Source of the DNA: the human T2T-CHM13v2.0 reference genome, Homo sapiens
DNA length: 64,000 nt
Strand: one strand, 5' to 3'
NCBI RefSeq assembly: GCF_009914755.1
Contig: NC_060948.1
The notes beneath the pieces are model-generated. The model saw only the letters and a list, made by a program, of their open reading frames with translations. It was not told the origin of the DNA and ran no database searches. The position numbers and the translations under genes were made by a program. Shown here piece by piece: positions 41,491 to 56,584 of this stretch. The number at the start of each line of letters is the position of its first letter. Within the stretch, counting starts at the first letter, position 1.

Positions 41491-44400
41491 GGCCTGGAAT
41501 AAAGTGGAATGCTACGGTCTCGAATGGAATAAAAATGTATGGAATGGAATGCAATGAAACGGAATCGAATGTCATAGAATGTAATGGAATGCAAAAAAAT
41601 GGAATCCAAAATCATTGACTGGAAAGGCTGGGTGTCGAAAGGAATTGACTCCAATGGAATGGAATCGAATGGAATGGAAGTGAATAGAATCGAACTAAAT
41701 CGAATGGAATGGAATTGATAGGAACGGAATGGAAAGGAATGCAATGATTTGGCATGGAATGGAATCTAATGGCATCGAATGGAATGGAATGGAATGCAAT
41801 GGAATGGAATGTATTAGAATGTAATGAACTTTAATGGAATGTACTCGAATGGATTCGACTGGAATGGAATGTTCTGGAAGTGAATGGACTCCAATGGAAT
41901 GGATTCAAAAGGAATGGAATCGTACGGAATGGAATCTAATGGAATGGAATTAAATGGAAATGAATCAAATTGAATAGCACGGAATTGAATTGAATGGAAT
42001 CGAATGCAATGGAATCTAATGAAACGGAAAGGAATGGAATGGAATGGAATGGAATGGAATGGGCTGGAATGGAAAGGAATCGAAACGAATGGAATGGAAT
42101 CGAACTGAAGAGACTGGAATGGAATGCACTGGAATGGAAGGGAGTGTAATGGAAGGTTCTCGAAAGAAATGGAATCGAATGGAATGGAATTGAATGGAAC
42201 GGAATAGAGTCGAATGGAATTGAATGGAATGGAATGGACTAGAGTGAAATGGAATCGAACCACAAGGAATGGACAGGAATAGAATGGTCTCGAATTGAAT
42301 GGAATCGTATGGAATGGCATCAAACGGAATGGAATGGACAGCCACGGAATGGAATGCACTCGAATGCAATGGAGTCGAAACTAATGGACTGGAATAGAAT
42401 GGACTCGACTGGTACGGACTCCAATGGAATGGAATCGAATGGAAGGGAATCGAACGGAATGGACTCGAAGGGAAAAGACTGCAATGGAAAGGTCTCGAAT
42501 GGAATGGAAATTAATGGAATGGAATGGAATCGAATGAAATGGAGTCAAAAGGAATGGAATCGAATGGCAAGAAATCGAATGTAATGGAATCGCAAGGAAT
42601 TGATGTGAACGGAACGGAATGGAATGGAATCCAAAGGAATGGAATCGAATGGAATGGAATCGAATGGAAAGGACTCGAATGGAAATCACTCGAATAGAAT
42701 GCAATTTAATAAAATAGGATCAAATGTAATGGAATGGAATGGAAAGGAATCGAAACGAAAGGAATGGAGACAGATGGAATGGAATGGAACAGAGAGCAAT
42801 GGTATAGAATGGAATGGAATCATCTGGAATGGAATTGAATGGAATGGAATAATATGAAATGGAATGGAATGGAATGGAATGGAATGCCCTTGAATTAAAT
42901 GGACTGGAATGGAATGGACTCGAACAGAGTGGAATGGAAAGTGTTGAGATAGAATGGAATGGACTCGTTTGGAATGGTGTAGTATGCAATGCAATCGACT
43001 GGCAGGGAATCAAAAGGAATGTAATGGAATGGATTGGACTGGAATGCAATGGACTCGAATAGATTGGAAACGGAATGCAAAGGAATGGAATGGAATAGTA
43101 TGGAATGGAATGGAAAGGAATGGAGTGGAATAGACTAGAGTGGAATGGAATGGACTGGAAAGCAATGGACTGGAATGGAACTTTCCTGAATGGACTGGAA
43201 TCAAACGGAATGGAATGCAATGCAATCAAATGGCATGGAATAAAATAGAATGAAAGAGAATCAAATGGAATTGAATCGAATGGAATCGAATGGATTGGAA
43301 AGGAATAGAATGGAATGGAATGGAATTGACTCAAATGGAATGGACTAGAATGGAATGGATTCGAATGGAAGGCAAAGGAATGGAATCTTGGAATGGACTG
43401 TAATGGAATGGAATGGAAGGGATTGGAATGGACTCGAATGGAATGGACTGCAATAGAAAGGATTCGAATGGAATGAAAAAGAATTGAATGGAATAGAACA
43501 GAATGGAATCAAATCGAATGAAATGGAATGGAATAGAAAGGAATGGAATGAAATGGAATGGAAAGGATTCGAATGGAATGCAATCGAATGGAATGAAATC
43601 GAACGGAATGGAATAAAATGGAAGAAAACTGGCAAGAAATGGAATCGAAATGAATAGAGTGTTATGGAACGGACTCAAAAGGAATTGAATGTAATAGAAT
43701 GGAGTGGAGTGGACTCGAATATAATGGACTGGAATGGAATGAAATCACATGGAATGGGAACGAATGGAATGGAATGGAAAGGAATGGAATCGAATGGAAA
43801 GGAATCGAATGGAAGGGAATGAAATTGAATCAACAGGAATGGAAGGGAATAGAATAGACGGTAATGGAATGGACTCGAATAGAATGGACACGAATGCTCA
43901 AATTGAATGGACTCGAATGGAATGGAAACGAAAGGAATGTCATCGAATGGAATTGAATCGATTGGAATGAAATCGCATAGAATGGAGTGGAATCAAATGG
44001 AATTGAATCGAAAGGAAAGGAAGCGAATGGATTGAAATGAAATGGAATGGAATTGAATGGAAAGTAATGCAATGGAATAGAATGGAACGAAATTTCACGG
44101 AATGGAATCAAACTGAATGGAATCAAATCAATGGAATCAAATCAAATGGAATGGAAAGGAATTGAATGGAGTAGATTGGATTGGATGGGATTGGAATGAA
44201 ATGTACTGGAAAGGACTCGAATTTCATGAAACGGAATGGAATGAATTGGAACGGAATGGACTCGAATGGAATGGAATGTCATGGAATGGCATCAAATGGT
44301 ATGGCATCAAATGGAATGGAATCGAATGCAATGGAATGCTATGGAATGGAATGGAATGCATTGGAATGGAATGTCCTCTAATGGAATGGATTCGAGTGGA

Positions 44401-45042
44401 ATGGAATCGAATATAATGCAGTCGAATGAAATGGAATTGAAAGGAATGGGATCGAATACAATGGAATATACTGGAATGTAATGTAATGAACTCGAATGTA
44501 ATTGACTGGAATGGAATGTACATGAATGGAATGTAATCGAATGGAAAGTAATCCAATGGAATAGAATCTAATGCAATAAAATCGACTCAGATAGAGTAGA
44601 ATGTAATGGAATGGAGTGCAGTGCAATGGAATGGAATGGAATGCAATGGAATGGAATGGAATGGAAAGGAATGGAATGGGATGGAATGGTATGGAATGGA
44701 TAGTAATGGACTGGAGTGAAATGGACTGGAAAGGAATGGACTCAAATTGAAAGGGCTCGAAAGGAATGGAGTCAAATGGAATGGTCTGGAATGGAATGAA
44801 CACGAATGTAATGCAATCCAATAGAATGGAATCGAATGGCATGGAATATAAAGAAATGGAATCGAAGAGAATGGAAACAAATGGAATGGAATTGAATGGA
44901 ATGGAATTGAATGGAATGGGAAGGAATGGAGTGAAATTGTATGCAGTAGAAGGGAATAGAATGGAATGCAAGCGAAAGGAAAGGAATGGATTGGAATGGA
45001 ATGGAATTCATTGGAATGGAAGGGAATGTAGTGTAATGGACA
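41491..45042 (+). repeat. DYZ1 unit, 3552 bp
   Basis: GGCC 41491 to 45043. Confidence 0.9.
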
Positions 45043-48000
45043 GGCCTGGAATAAAGTGGAATGCTACGGTCTCGAATGGAATAAAAATGTATGGAATGGA
45101 ATGCAATGAAACGGAATCGAATGTCATAGAATGTAATGGAATGCAAAAAAATGGAATCCAAAATCATTGACAGGAAAGGCTGGGTGTCGAAAGGAATTGA
45201 CTCCAATGGAATGGAATCGAATGGAATGGAAGTGAATAGAATCGAACTAAATCGAATGGAATGGAATTGATAGGAACGGAATGGAAAGGAATGCAATGAT
45301 TTGGCATGGAATGGAATCTAATGGCATCGAATGGAATGGAATGGAATGCAATGGAATGGAATGTATTAGAATGTAATGAACTTTAATGGAATGTACTCGA
45401 ATGGATTCGACTGGAATGGAATGTTCTGGAAGTGAATGGGCTCCAATGGAATGGATTCAAAAGGAATGGAATCGTACGGAATGGAATCTAATGGAATGGA
45501 ATTAAATGGAAATGAATCAAATTGAATAGCACGGAATTGAATGGAATGGAATGGAATGCAATGGAATCTAATGATACGGAAAGGAAAGGAATGGAATGGA
45601 ATGGAATGGGCTGGAATGGAAAGGAATCGAAACGAATGGAATGGAATCGAACTGAAGAGACTGGAATGGAATGCACTGGAATGGAAGGGAGTGTAATGGA
45701 AGGTTCTCGAAAGAAATGGAATCGAATGGAATGGAATTGAATGGAACGGAATAGAGTCGAATGGAATTGAATGGAATGGAATGGACTAGAGTGAAATGGA
45801 ATCGAACCACAAGGAATGGACAGGAATAGAATGGTCTCGAATTGAATGGAATCGTATGGAATGGCATCAAACGGAATGGAATGGACAGCCACGGAATGGA
45901 ATGCACTCGAATGCAATGGAGTCGAAACTAATGGACTGGAATAGAATGGACTCGACTGGTACGGACTCCAATGGAATGGAATCGAATGGAAGGGAATCGA
46001 ACGGAATGGACTCGAAGGGAAAAGACTGCAATGGAAAGGTCTCGAATGGAATGGAAATTAATGGAATGGAATGGAATCGAATGAAATGGAGTCAAAAGGA
46101 ATGGAATCGAATGGCAAGAAATCGAATGTAATGGAATCGCAAGGAATTGATGTGAACGGAACGGAATGGAATGGAATCCAAAGGAATGGAATCGAATGGA
46201 ATGGAATCGAATGGAAAGGACTCGAATGGAAATCACTCGAATAGAATGCAATTTAATAAAATAGGATCAAATGTAATGGAATGGAATGGAAAGGAATCGA
46301 AACGAAAGGAATGGAGACAGATGGAATGGAATGGAACAGAGAGCAATGGTATAGAATGGAATGGAATCATCTGGAATGGAATTGAATGGAATGGAATAAT
46401 ATGAAATGGAATGGAATGGAATGGAATGGAATGCCCTTGAATTAAATGGACTGGAATGGAATGGACTCGAACAGAGTGGAATGGAAAGTGTTGAGATAGA
46501 ATGGAATGGACTCCTTTGGAATGGTGTAGTATGCAATGCAATCGACTGGCAGGGAATCAAAAGGAATGTAATCGAATGGATTGGACTGGAATGCAATGGA
46601 CTCGAATAGATTGGAAACGGAATGCAAAGGAATGGAATGGAATAGTATGGAATGGAATGGAAAGGAATGGAGTGGAATAGACTAGAGTGGAATGGAATGG
46701 ACTGGAAAGCAATGGACTGGAATGGAACTTTCCTGAATGGACTGGAATCAAACGGAATGGAATGCAATGCAATCAAATGGCATGGAATAAAATAGAATGA
46801 AAGAGAATCAAATGGAATTGAATCGAATGGAATCGAATGGATTGGAAAGGAATAGAATGGAATGGAATGGAATTGACTCAAATGGAATGGACTAGAATGG
46901 AATGGATTCGAATGGAAGGCAAAGGAATGGAATCTTGGAATGGACTGTAATGGAATGGAATGGAAGGGATTGGAATGGACTCGAATGGAATGGACTGCAA
47001 TAGAAAGGATTCGAATGGAATGAAAAAGAATTGAATGGAATAGAACACAATGGAATCAAATCGAATGAAATGGAATGGAATAGAAAGGAATGGAATGAAA
47101 TGGAATGGAAAGGATTCGAATGGAATGCAATCGAATGGAATGGAATCGAACGGAATGGAATAAAATGGAAGAAAACTGGCAAGAAATGGAATCGAAATGA
47201 ATAGAGTGTTATGGAACGGACTCAAAAGGAATTGAATGTAATAGAATGGAGTGGAGTGGACTCGAATATAATGGACTGGAATGGAATGAAATCACATGGA
47301 ATGGGAACGAATGGAATGGAATGGAAAGGAATGGAATCGAATGGAAAGGAATCGAATGGAAGGGAATGAAATTGAATCAACAGGAATGGAAGGGAATAGA
47401 ATAGACGGTAATGGAATGGACTCGAATAGAATGGACACGAATGCTCAAATTGAATGGACTCGAATGGAATGGAAACGAAAGGAATGTCATCGAATGGAAT
47501 TGAATCGATTGGAATGAAATCGCATAGAATGGAGTGGAATCAAATGGAATTGAATCGAAAGGAAAGGAAGCGAATGGACTGAAATGAAATGGAATGGAAT
47601 TGAATGGAAAGTAATGCAATGGAATAGAATGGAACGAAATTTCACGGAATGGAATCAAACTGAATGGAATCAAATCAATGGAATCAAATCAAATGGAATG
47701 GAAAGGAATTGAATGGAGTAGATTGGATTGGATGGGATTGGAATGAAATGTACTGGAAAGGACTCGAATTTCATGAAACGGAATGGAATGAATTGGAACG
47801 GAATGGACTCGAATGGAATGGAATGTCATGGAATGGCATCAAATGGAATGGCATCAAATGGAATGGAATCGAATGCAATGGAATGCTATGGAATGGAATG
47901 GAATGCATTGGAATGGAATGTCCTCTAATGGAATGGATTCGAGTGGAATGGAATCGAATATAATGGAGTCGAATGAAATGGAATTGAAAGGAATGGGATC

Positions 48001-48594
48001 GAATAGAATGGAATATACTGGAATGTAATGTAATGAACTCGAATGTAATTGACTGGAATGGAATGTACATGAATGGAATGTAATCGAATGGAAAGTAATC
48101 CAATGGAATAGAATCTAATGCAATAAAATCGACTCAGATAGAGTAGAATGTAATGGAATGGAGTGCAGTGCAATGGAATGGAATGGAATGGAATGGAATG
48201 GAATGGAATGGAATGGAATGGAATGGAATGGGATGCAATGGTATGGAATGGATAGTAATGGACTGGAATGAAATGGACTGGAAAAGAATGGACTCAAATT
48301 GAAAGGGCTAGAAAGGAATGGAGTCAAATGGAATGGTCTGGAATGGAATGAACACGAATGTAATGCAATCCAATAGAATGGAATCGAATGGCATGGAATA
48401 TAAAGAAATGGAATCGAAGAGAATGGAAACAAATGGAATGGAATTGAATGGAATGGAATTGAATGGAATGGGAACGAATGGAGTGAAACTGTATGCAGTA
48501 GAAGAGAATTGAATGGAATGCAAGCGAAAGGAAAGGAATGGATTGCAATGGAATGGAATTCATTGTAATGGAAGGGAATGTAGTGTAATGGACA
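45043..48594 (+). repeat. DYZ1 unit, 3552 bp
   Basis: GGCC 45043 to 48595. Confidence 0.9.
48175..48229 (+). repeat. Pure (GGAAT)11 run, longest uninterrupted tract noticed
   Basis: The interrupting GCAAT of the hypervariable tract after GAGTGCAGTGCAAT is absent in this copy. Confidence 0.85.
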
Positions 48595-51500
48595 GGCCTG
48601 GAATAAAGTGGAATGCTACGGTCTCGAATGGAATAAAAATGTATGGAATGGAATGCAATGAAACGGAATCGAATGTCATAGAATGTAATGGAATGCAAAA
48701 AAATGGAATCCAAAATCATTGACTGGAAAGGCTGGGTGTCGAAAGGAATTGACTCCAATGGAATGGAATCGAATGGAATGGAAGTGAATAGAATCGAACT
48801 AAATCGAATGGAATGGAATTGATAGGAACGGAATGGAAAGGAATGCAATGATTTGGCATGGAATGGAATCTAATGGCATCGAATGGAATGGAATGGAATG
48901 CAATGGAATGGAATGTATTAGAATGTAATGAACTTTAATGGAATGTACTCGAATGGATTCGACTGGAATGGAATGTTCTGGAAGTGAATGGACTCCAATG
49001 GAATGGATTCAAAAGGAATGGAATCGTACGGAATGGAATCTAATGGAATGGAATTAAATGGAAATGAATCAAATTGAATAGCACGGAATTGAATTGAATG
49101 GAATCGAATGCAATGGAATCTAATGAAACGGAAAGGAATGGAATGGAATGGAATGGAATGGAATGGGCTGGAATGGAAAGGAATCGAAACGAATGGAATG
49201 GAATCGAACTGAAGAGACTGGAATGGAATGCACTGGAATGGAAGGGAGTGTAATGGAAGGTTCTCGAAAGAAATGGAATCGAATGGAATGGAATTGAATG
49301 GAACGGAATAGAGTCGAATGGAATTGAATGGAATGGAATGGACTAGAGTGAAATGGAATCGAACCACAAGGAATGGACAGGAATAGAATGGTCTCGAATT
49401 GAATGGAATCGTATGGAATGGCATCAAACGGAATGGAATGGACAGCCACGGAATGGAATGCACTCGAATGCAATGGAGTCGAAACTAATGGACTGGAATA
49501 GAATGGACTCGACTGGTACGGACTCCAATGGAATGGAATCGAATGGAAGGGAATCGAACGGAATGGACTCGAAGGGAAAAGACTGCAATGGAAAGGTCTC
49601 GAATGGAATGGAAATTAATGGAATGGAATGGAATCGAATGAAATGGAGTCAAAAGGAATGGAATCGAATGGCAAGAAATCGAATGTAATGGAATCGCAAG
49701 GAATTGATGTGAACGGAACGGAATGGAATGGAATCCAAAGGAATGGAATCGAATGGAATGGAATCGAATGGAAAGGACTCGAATGGAAATCACTCGAATA
49801 GAATGCAATTTAATAAAATAGGATCAAATGTAATGGAATGGAATGGAAAGGAATCGAAACGAAAGGAATGGAGACAGATGGAATGGAATGGAACAGAGAG
49901 CAATGGTATAGAATGGAATGGAATCATCTGGAATGGAATTGAATGGAATGGAATAATAGGAAATGGAATGGAATGGAATGGAATGCCCTTGAATTAAATG
50001 GACTGGAATGGAATGGACTCGAACAGAGTGGAATGGAAAGTGTTGAAATAGAATGGAATGGACACGTTTGGAATGGTCTAGTATGCAATGCAATCGACTG
50101 GCAGGGAATCAAAAGGAATGTAATCGAATGGATTGGACTGGAATGCAATGGACTCGAATAGATTGGAAACGGAATGCAAAGGAATGGAATGGAATAGTAT
50201 GGAATGGAATGGAAAGGAATGGAGTGGAATAGACTAGAGTGGAATGGAATGGACTCGAAAGCAATGGACTGGAATGGAACTTTCTTGAATGGAGTGGAAT
50301 CAAACGGAATGGAATGCAATGCAATCAAATGTCATGGAATAAAATAGAATGAAAGAGAATCAAATGGAATTGAATCGAATGGAATCGAATGGATTGGAAA
50401 GGAATAGAATGGAATGGAATGGAATTGACTCAAATGGAATGGACTAGCATGGAATGGATTCGAATGGAAGACAAAGGAATGGAATCTATTGGAATGGACT
50501 GTAATGGAATGGAATGGAAGGGATTGGAATGGACTCGAATGGAATGGACTGCAATAGAAAGGATTCGAATGGAATGAAAAAGAATTGAATGGAATAGAAC
50601 AGAATGGAATCAAATCGAATGAAATGGAATGGAATAGAAAGGAATGGAATGAAATGGAATGGAAAGGATTCGAATGGAATGCAATCGAATGGAATGCAAT
50701 CGAATGGAATGGAATCGAACGGAATGGAATAAAATGGAAGAAAACTGGCAAGAAATGGAATCGAAATGAATGGAGTGTTATGGAACGGACTCAAAAGGAA
50801 TTGAATGTAATAGAATGGAGTGGAGTGGACTCGAATATAATGGACTGGAATGGAATGAAATCACATGGAATGGGAACGAATGGAATGGAATGGAAAGGAA
50901 TGGAATCGAATGGAAAGGAATCGAATGGAAGGGAATGAAATTGAATCAACAGGAATGGAAGGGAATAGAATAGACGGTAATGGAATGGACTCGAATAGAA
51001 TGGACACGAATGCTCAAATTGAATGGACTCGAATGGAATGGAAACGAAAGGAATGTCATCGAATGGAATTGAATCGATTGGAATGAAATCGCATAGAATG
51101 GAGTGGAATCAAATGGAATTGAATCGAAAGGAAAGGAAGCGAATGGACTGAAATGAAATGGAATGGAATTGAATGGAAAGTAATGCAATGGAATAGAATG
51201 GAACGAAATTTCACGGAATGGAATCAAACTGAATGGAATCAAATCAATGGAATATAATCAAATGGAATGGAAAGGAATTGAATGGAGTAGATTGGATTGG
51301 ATGGGATTGGAATGAAATGTACTGGAAAGGACTCGAATTTCATGAAACGGAATGGAATGAATTGGAACGGAATGGAATCGAATGGAATGGAATGTCATGG
51401 AATGGCATCAAATGGAATGGAATCGAATGCAATGGAATGCTATGGAATGGAATGGAATGCATTGGAATGGAATGTCCTCTAATGGAATGGATTCGAGTGG

Positions 51501-52143
51501 AATGGAATCGAATATAATGGAGTCGAATGAAATGGAATTGAAAGGAATGGGATCGAATACAGTGGAATATATTGGAATGTAATGTAATGAACTCGAATGT
51601 AATTGACTGGAATGGAATGTACATGAATGGAATGTAATCGAATGGAAAGTAATCCAATGGAATAGAATTTAATGCAATAAAATCGACTCAAATAGAATAG
51701 AATGTAATGGAATGGAGTGCAGTGCAATGGAATGGAATGGAATGGAATGCAATGGAATGGAATGGAATGGAATGGAATGGGATGGAATGGTAAGGAATGG
51801 ATAGTAATGGACTGGATTGAAATGGACTGGAAAGCAATGTACTCAAATTGAAAGGGCTCGAAAGGAATGGAGTCAAATGGAATGGTCTGGAATGGAATGA
51901 ACACGAATGTAATGCAATCCAATAGAATGGAATCGAATGGCATGTAATATAAAGAAATGGAATCGAAGAGAATGGAAACAAATGGAATGGAATTGAATGG
52001 AATGGAATTGAATGGAATGGGAACGAATGGAGTGAAATTGTATGCAGTAGAAGAGAATAGAATGGAATGCAAGCGAAAGGAAAGGAATGGATTGGAATGG
52101 AATGGAATTCATTGGAATGGTAGGGAATGTAGTGTAATGGATA
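48595..52143 (+). repeat. DYZ1 unit, 3549 bp (subtype switch near 49950)
   Basis: GGCC 48595 to 52144. Confidence 0.88.
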
Positions 52144-55100
52144 GGCCTGGAATAAAGTGGAATGCTCCGGTCTCGAATGGTAAAAAAATATATGGAATGG
52201 AATGCAATGAAACGGAATCGAATGTCATAGAATGTAATGGAATGCAAAAAAATGGAATCCAAAATCATTGACTGGAAAGGCTGGGTGTCGAAAGGAATTG
52301 ACTCCAATGGAATGGAATCGAATGGAATGGAAGTGAATAGAATCGAACTAAATCAAATGGAATGGAATTGATAGGAACGGAATGGAAAGGAATGCAATGA
52401 TTTGGCATGGAATGGAATCGAATGACATCGAATGGAATTGAATGGAATGCAATGGAATGGAATGTATTAGAATGTAATGAACATTAATGGAATGTACTCG
52501 AATGGATTCGACTGGAATGGAATGTTCTGGAAATGAATGGACTCCAATGGAATGGATTCGAAAGGAATGGAATCGAACGGAATGGAATCTAATGGAATGG
52601 AATTAAATGGAAATGAATCAAATTGAATAGCACAGAATAGAATTGAATGGATTCTAATGCAATGGAATCTAATGAAACGGAAAGGAAAGGAATGGAATGG
52701 AATGGAATGGGCTGGAATGGAATGGAATCGAAACGAATGGAATGGAATCGAACTGAAGAGACTGGAATGGAATGCACTGGAATGGAAGGGAGTGTAATGG
52801 AAAGTTCTCGAAAAAAATGGAATCGAATGGAATGGAATTGAATGGAATGGAATAGAGTCGAATGGAATTGAATGGAATGGAATGGACTAGAGTGAAATGG
52901 AATTGAACCACAAGGAATGGAGAGGAATAGAATGGTCTCGAATTGAATGGAATCGTATGGAATGGCATCAAACGGAATGGAATGGACAGCCACGGAATGG
53001 AATGAACTCGAATGCAATGGATTAGAAACTAATGGACTGGAATAGAATGGACTCGACTGGTACGGACTCCAATGGAATGGAATCGAATGGAAGGGAATCG
53101 AACGGAATGGACTCGAAGGGAAAAGACTGCAATGGAAAGGTCTCGAATGGGATGGAAATTAATGGAATGGAATGGAATCGAATGAAATGGAGTCAAAAGG
53201 AATGGAATGGAATGGCAAGAAATCGAATGTAATGGAATCGCAAGGAATTGATGTGAACGGAAAGGAATGGAATGGAATCCAAAGGAATGGAATAGAATGG
53301 AATGGAATCGAATGGAAAGGACTCGAATGGAAATCACTCGAATAGAATGCAATTTAATAAAATAGGATCAAATGTAATGGAATGGAATGGAAAGGAATCG
53401 AAACGAAAGGAATGGAGACAGATGGAATGTAATGGAACAGAGAGCAATGGTATAGAATGGAATGGAATCATCTGGAATGGAATTGAATGGAATGGAATAA
53501 TAGGAAATGGAATGGAATGGAATGGAATGCCCTTGAATTAAATGGACTGGAATGGAATGGACTCGAACAGAGTGGAATGGAAAGTGTTGAAATAGAATGG
53601 AATGGACTCGTTTGGAATGGTCTAGTATGCAATGCAATCGACTGGCAGGGAATCAAAAGGAATGTAATCGAATGGATTGGACTGGAATGCAATGGACTCG
53701 AATAGATTGGAAACGGAATGCAAAGGAATGGAATGGAATAGTATGGAATGGAATGGAAAGGAATGGAGTGGAATAGACTAGAGTGGAATGGAATGGACTC
53801 GAAAGCAATGGACTGGAATGGAACTTTCTTGAATGGAGTGGAATCAAACGGAATGGAATGCAATGCAATCAAATGTCATGGAATAAAATAGAATGAAAGA
53901 GAATCAAATGGAATTGAATCGAATGGAATCGAATGGATTGGAAAGGAATAGAATGGAATGGAATGGAATTGACTCAAATGGAATGGACTAGCATGGAATG
54001 GATTCGAATGGAAGACAAAGGAATGGAATCTATTGGAATGGACTGTAATGGAATGGAATGGAAGGGATTGGAATGGACTCGAATGGAATGGACTGCAATA
54101 GAAAGGATTCGAATGGAATGAAAAAGAATTGAATGGAATAGAACAGAATGGAATCAAATCGAATGAAATGGAATGGAATAGAAAGGAATGGAATGAAATG
54201 GAATGGAAAGGATTCGAATGGAATGCAATCGAATGGAATGCAATCGAATGGAATGGAATCGAACGGAATGGAATAAAATGGAAGAAAACTGGCAAGAAAT
54301 GGAATCGAAATGAATGGAGTGTTATGGAACGGACTCAAAAGGAATTGAATGTAATAGAATGGAGTGGAGTGGACTCGAATATAATGGACTGGAATGGAAT
54401 GAAATCACATGGAATGGGAACGAATGGAATGGAATGGAAAGGAATGGAATCGAATGGAAAGGAATCGAATGGAAGGGAATGAAATTGAATCAACAGGAAT
54501 GGAAGGGAATAGAATAGACGGTAATGGAATGGACTCGAATAGAATGGACACGAATGCTCAAATTGAATGGACTCGAGTGGAATGGAAACGAAACGAATGT
54601 CATCGAATGGAATTGAATCGATTGGAATGAAATCGCATAGAATGGAGTGGAATCAAATGGAATTGAATCGAAAGGAAAGGAAGCGAATGGACTGAAATGA
54701 AATGGAATAGAATTGAATGGAAAGTAATGCAATGGAATAGAATGGAACGAAATTTCACGGAATGGATTCAAACTGAATGGAATCAAATCAATGGAATATA
54801 ATCAAATGGAATGGAAAGGAATTGAATGGAGTAGATTGGATTGGATGGGATTGGAATGAAATGTACTGGAAAGGACTCGAATTTCATGAAACGGAATGGA
54901 ATGAATTGGAACGGATTGGACTCGAATGGAATGGAATGTCATGGAATGGCATCAAATGGAATGGAATCAAATGGAATGGAATCGAATGCAATGGAATGCT
55001 ATGGAATGGAATGGAATGCATTGGAATGGAATGTCCTCTAATGGAATGGATTCGAGTGGAATGGAATCGAATATAATGGAGTCGAATGAAATGGAATTGA

Positions 55101-56584
55101 AAGGAATGGGAACGAATACACTGGAATATACTGGAATGTAACGTAATGAACTCGAATGTAATTGACTGGAATGGAATGTACATGAATGGAATGTAATCGA
55201 ATGGAATGTAATCCAATGGAATAGAAACTAATGCAATAAAATCGACTCAAATAGAATAGAATGTAATGGAATGGAGTGCAGTGCAATGGAATGGAATGGA
55301 ATGGAATGCAATGGAATGGAATGTAAAGGAATGGAATCGAATGGAAAGGAATCGAATGGAAGGGAATGAAATTGAATCAACATGAATGGAAGGGAATAGA
55401 ATAGACGGTAATGGAATGGACTCGAATAGAATGGACACGAATGCTCAAATTGAATGGACTCGAGTGGAATGGAAACGAAAGGAATGTCATCGAATGGAAT
55501 TGAATCGATTGGAATGAAATCGCATAGGATGGAGTGGAATCAAATGGAATTGAATCGAAAGGAAAGGAAGCGAATGGACTGAAATGAAATGGAATGGAAA
55601 GTAATGCAATAGAATAGAATGGAACGAAATTTCACGGAATGGAATCAAACTGAATGGAATCAAATCAATGGAATATAATCAAATGGAATGGAAAGGAATT
55701 GAATGGAGTAGATGGGATTGGATGGGATTGGAATGAAATGTACTGGAAAGGACTCGAATTTCATGAAACGGAATGGAATGAATTGGAACGGAATGGACTC
55801 GAATGGAATGGAATGTCATGGAATGGCATCAAATGGAATGGCATCAAATGGAATGGAATCGAATGCAATGGAATGCTATGGAATGGAATGGAATGCATTG
55901 GAATGGAATGTCCTCTAATGGAATGGATTCGAGTGGAATGGAATCGAATATAATGGAGTTGAATGAAATGGAATTGAAAGGAATGGGATCGAATACAATG
56001 GAATATACTGGAATGTAACGTAATGAACTCGAATGTAATTGACTGCAATGGAATGTACATGAATGGAATGTAATCGAATGGAAAGTAATCCAATGGAATA
56101 GAATCTAATGCAATAAAATCGACTCAAATAGAATAGAATGTAATGGAATGGAGTGCAGTGCAATGGAATGGAATGGAATGGAATGCAATGGAATGGAATG
56201 TAATGGAATGGAATAGAATGGGAAGGAATGGTATGGAATGGATAATAATGGACTGGAGTGAAATGGACTGGAAAGGAATGGACTCAAAGTGAAAGGGCTC
56301 GAAAAGAATGGAGTCAAATGCAATGGTCTGGAATGGAATGAACACGAATGTAATGCAATCCAATAGAATGGAATCGAATGGCATGGAATATAAAGAAATG
56401 GAATCGAAGAGAATGGAAACAAATGGAATGGAATTGAATGGAATGGAATTGAATGGAATGGGAACGAATGGAGTGAAATTGTATGCAGTAGAAGAGAATA
56501 GAATGGAATGCAAGCGAAAGGAAAGGAATGGATTGGAATGGAATGGAATTCATTGGAATGGAAGGGAATGTAGTGTAATGGACA
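52144..56584 (+). repeat. Expanded DYZ1 unit, 4441 bp (internal ~887-bp tandem duplication)
   Basis: GGCC 52144 to 56585; segment 54440-55326 repeated at 55327-56203. Confidence 0.9.
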
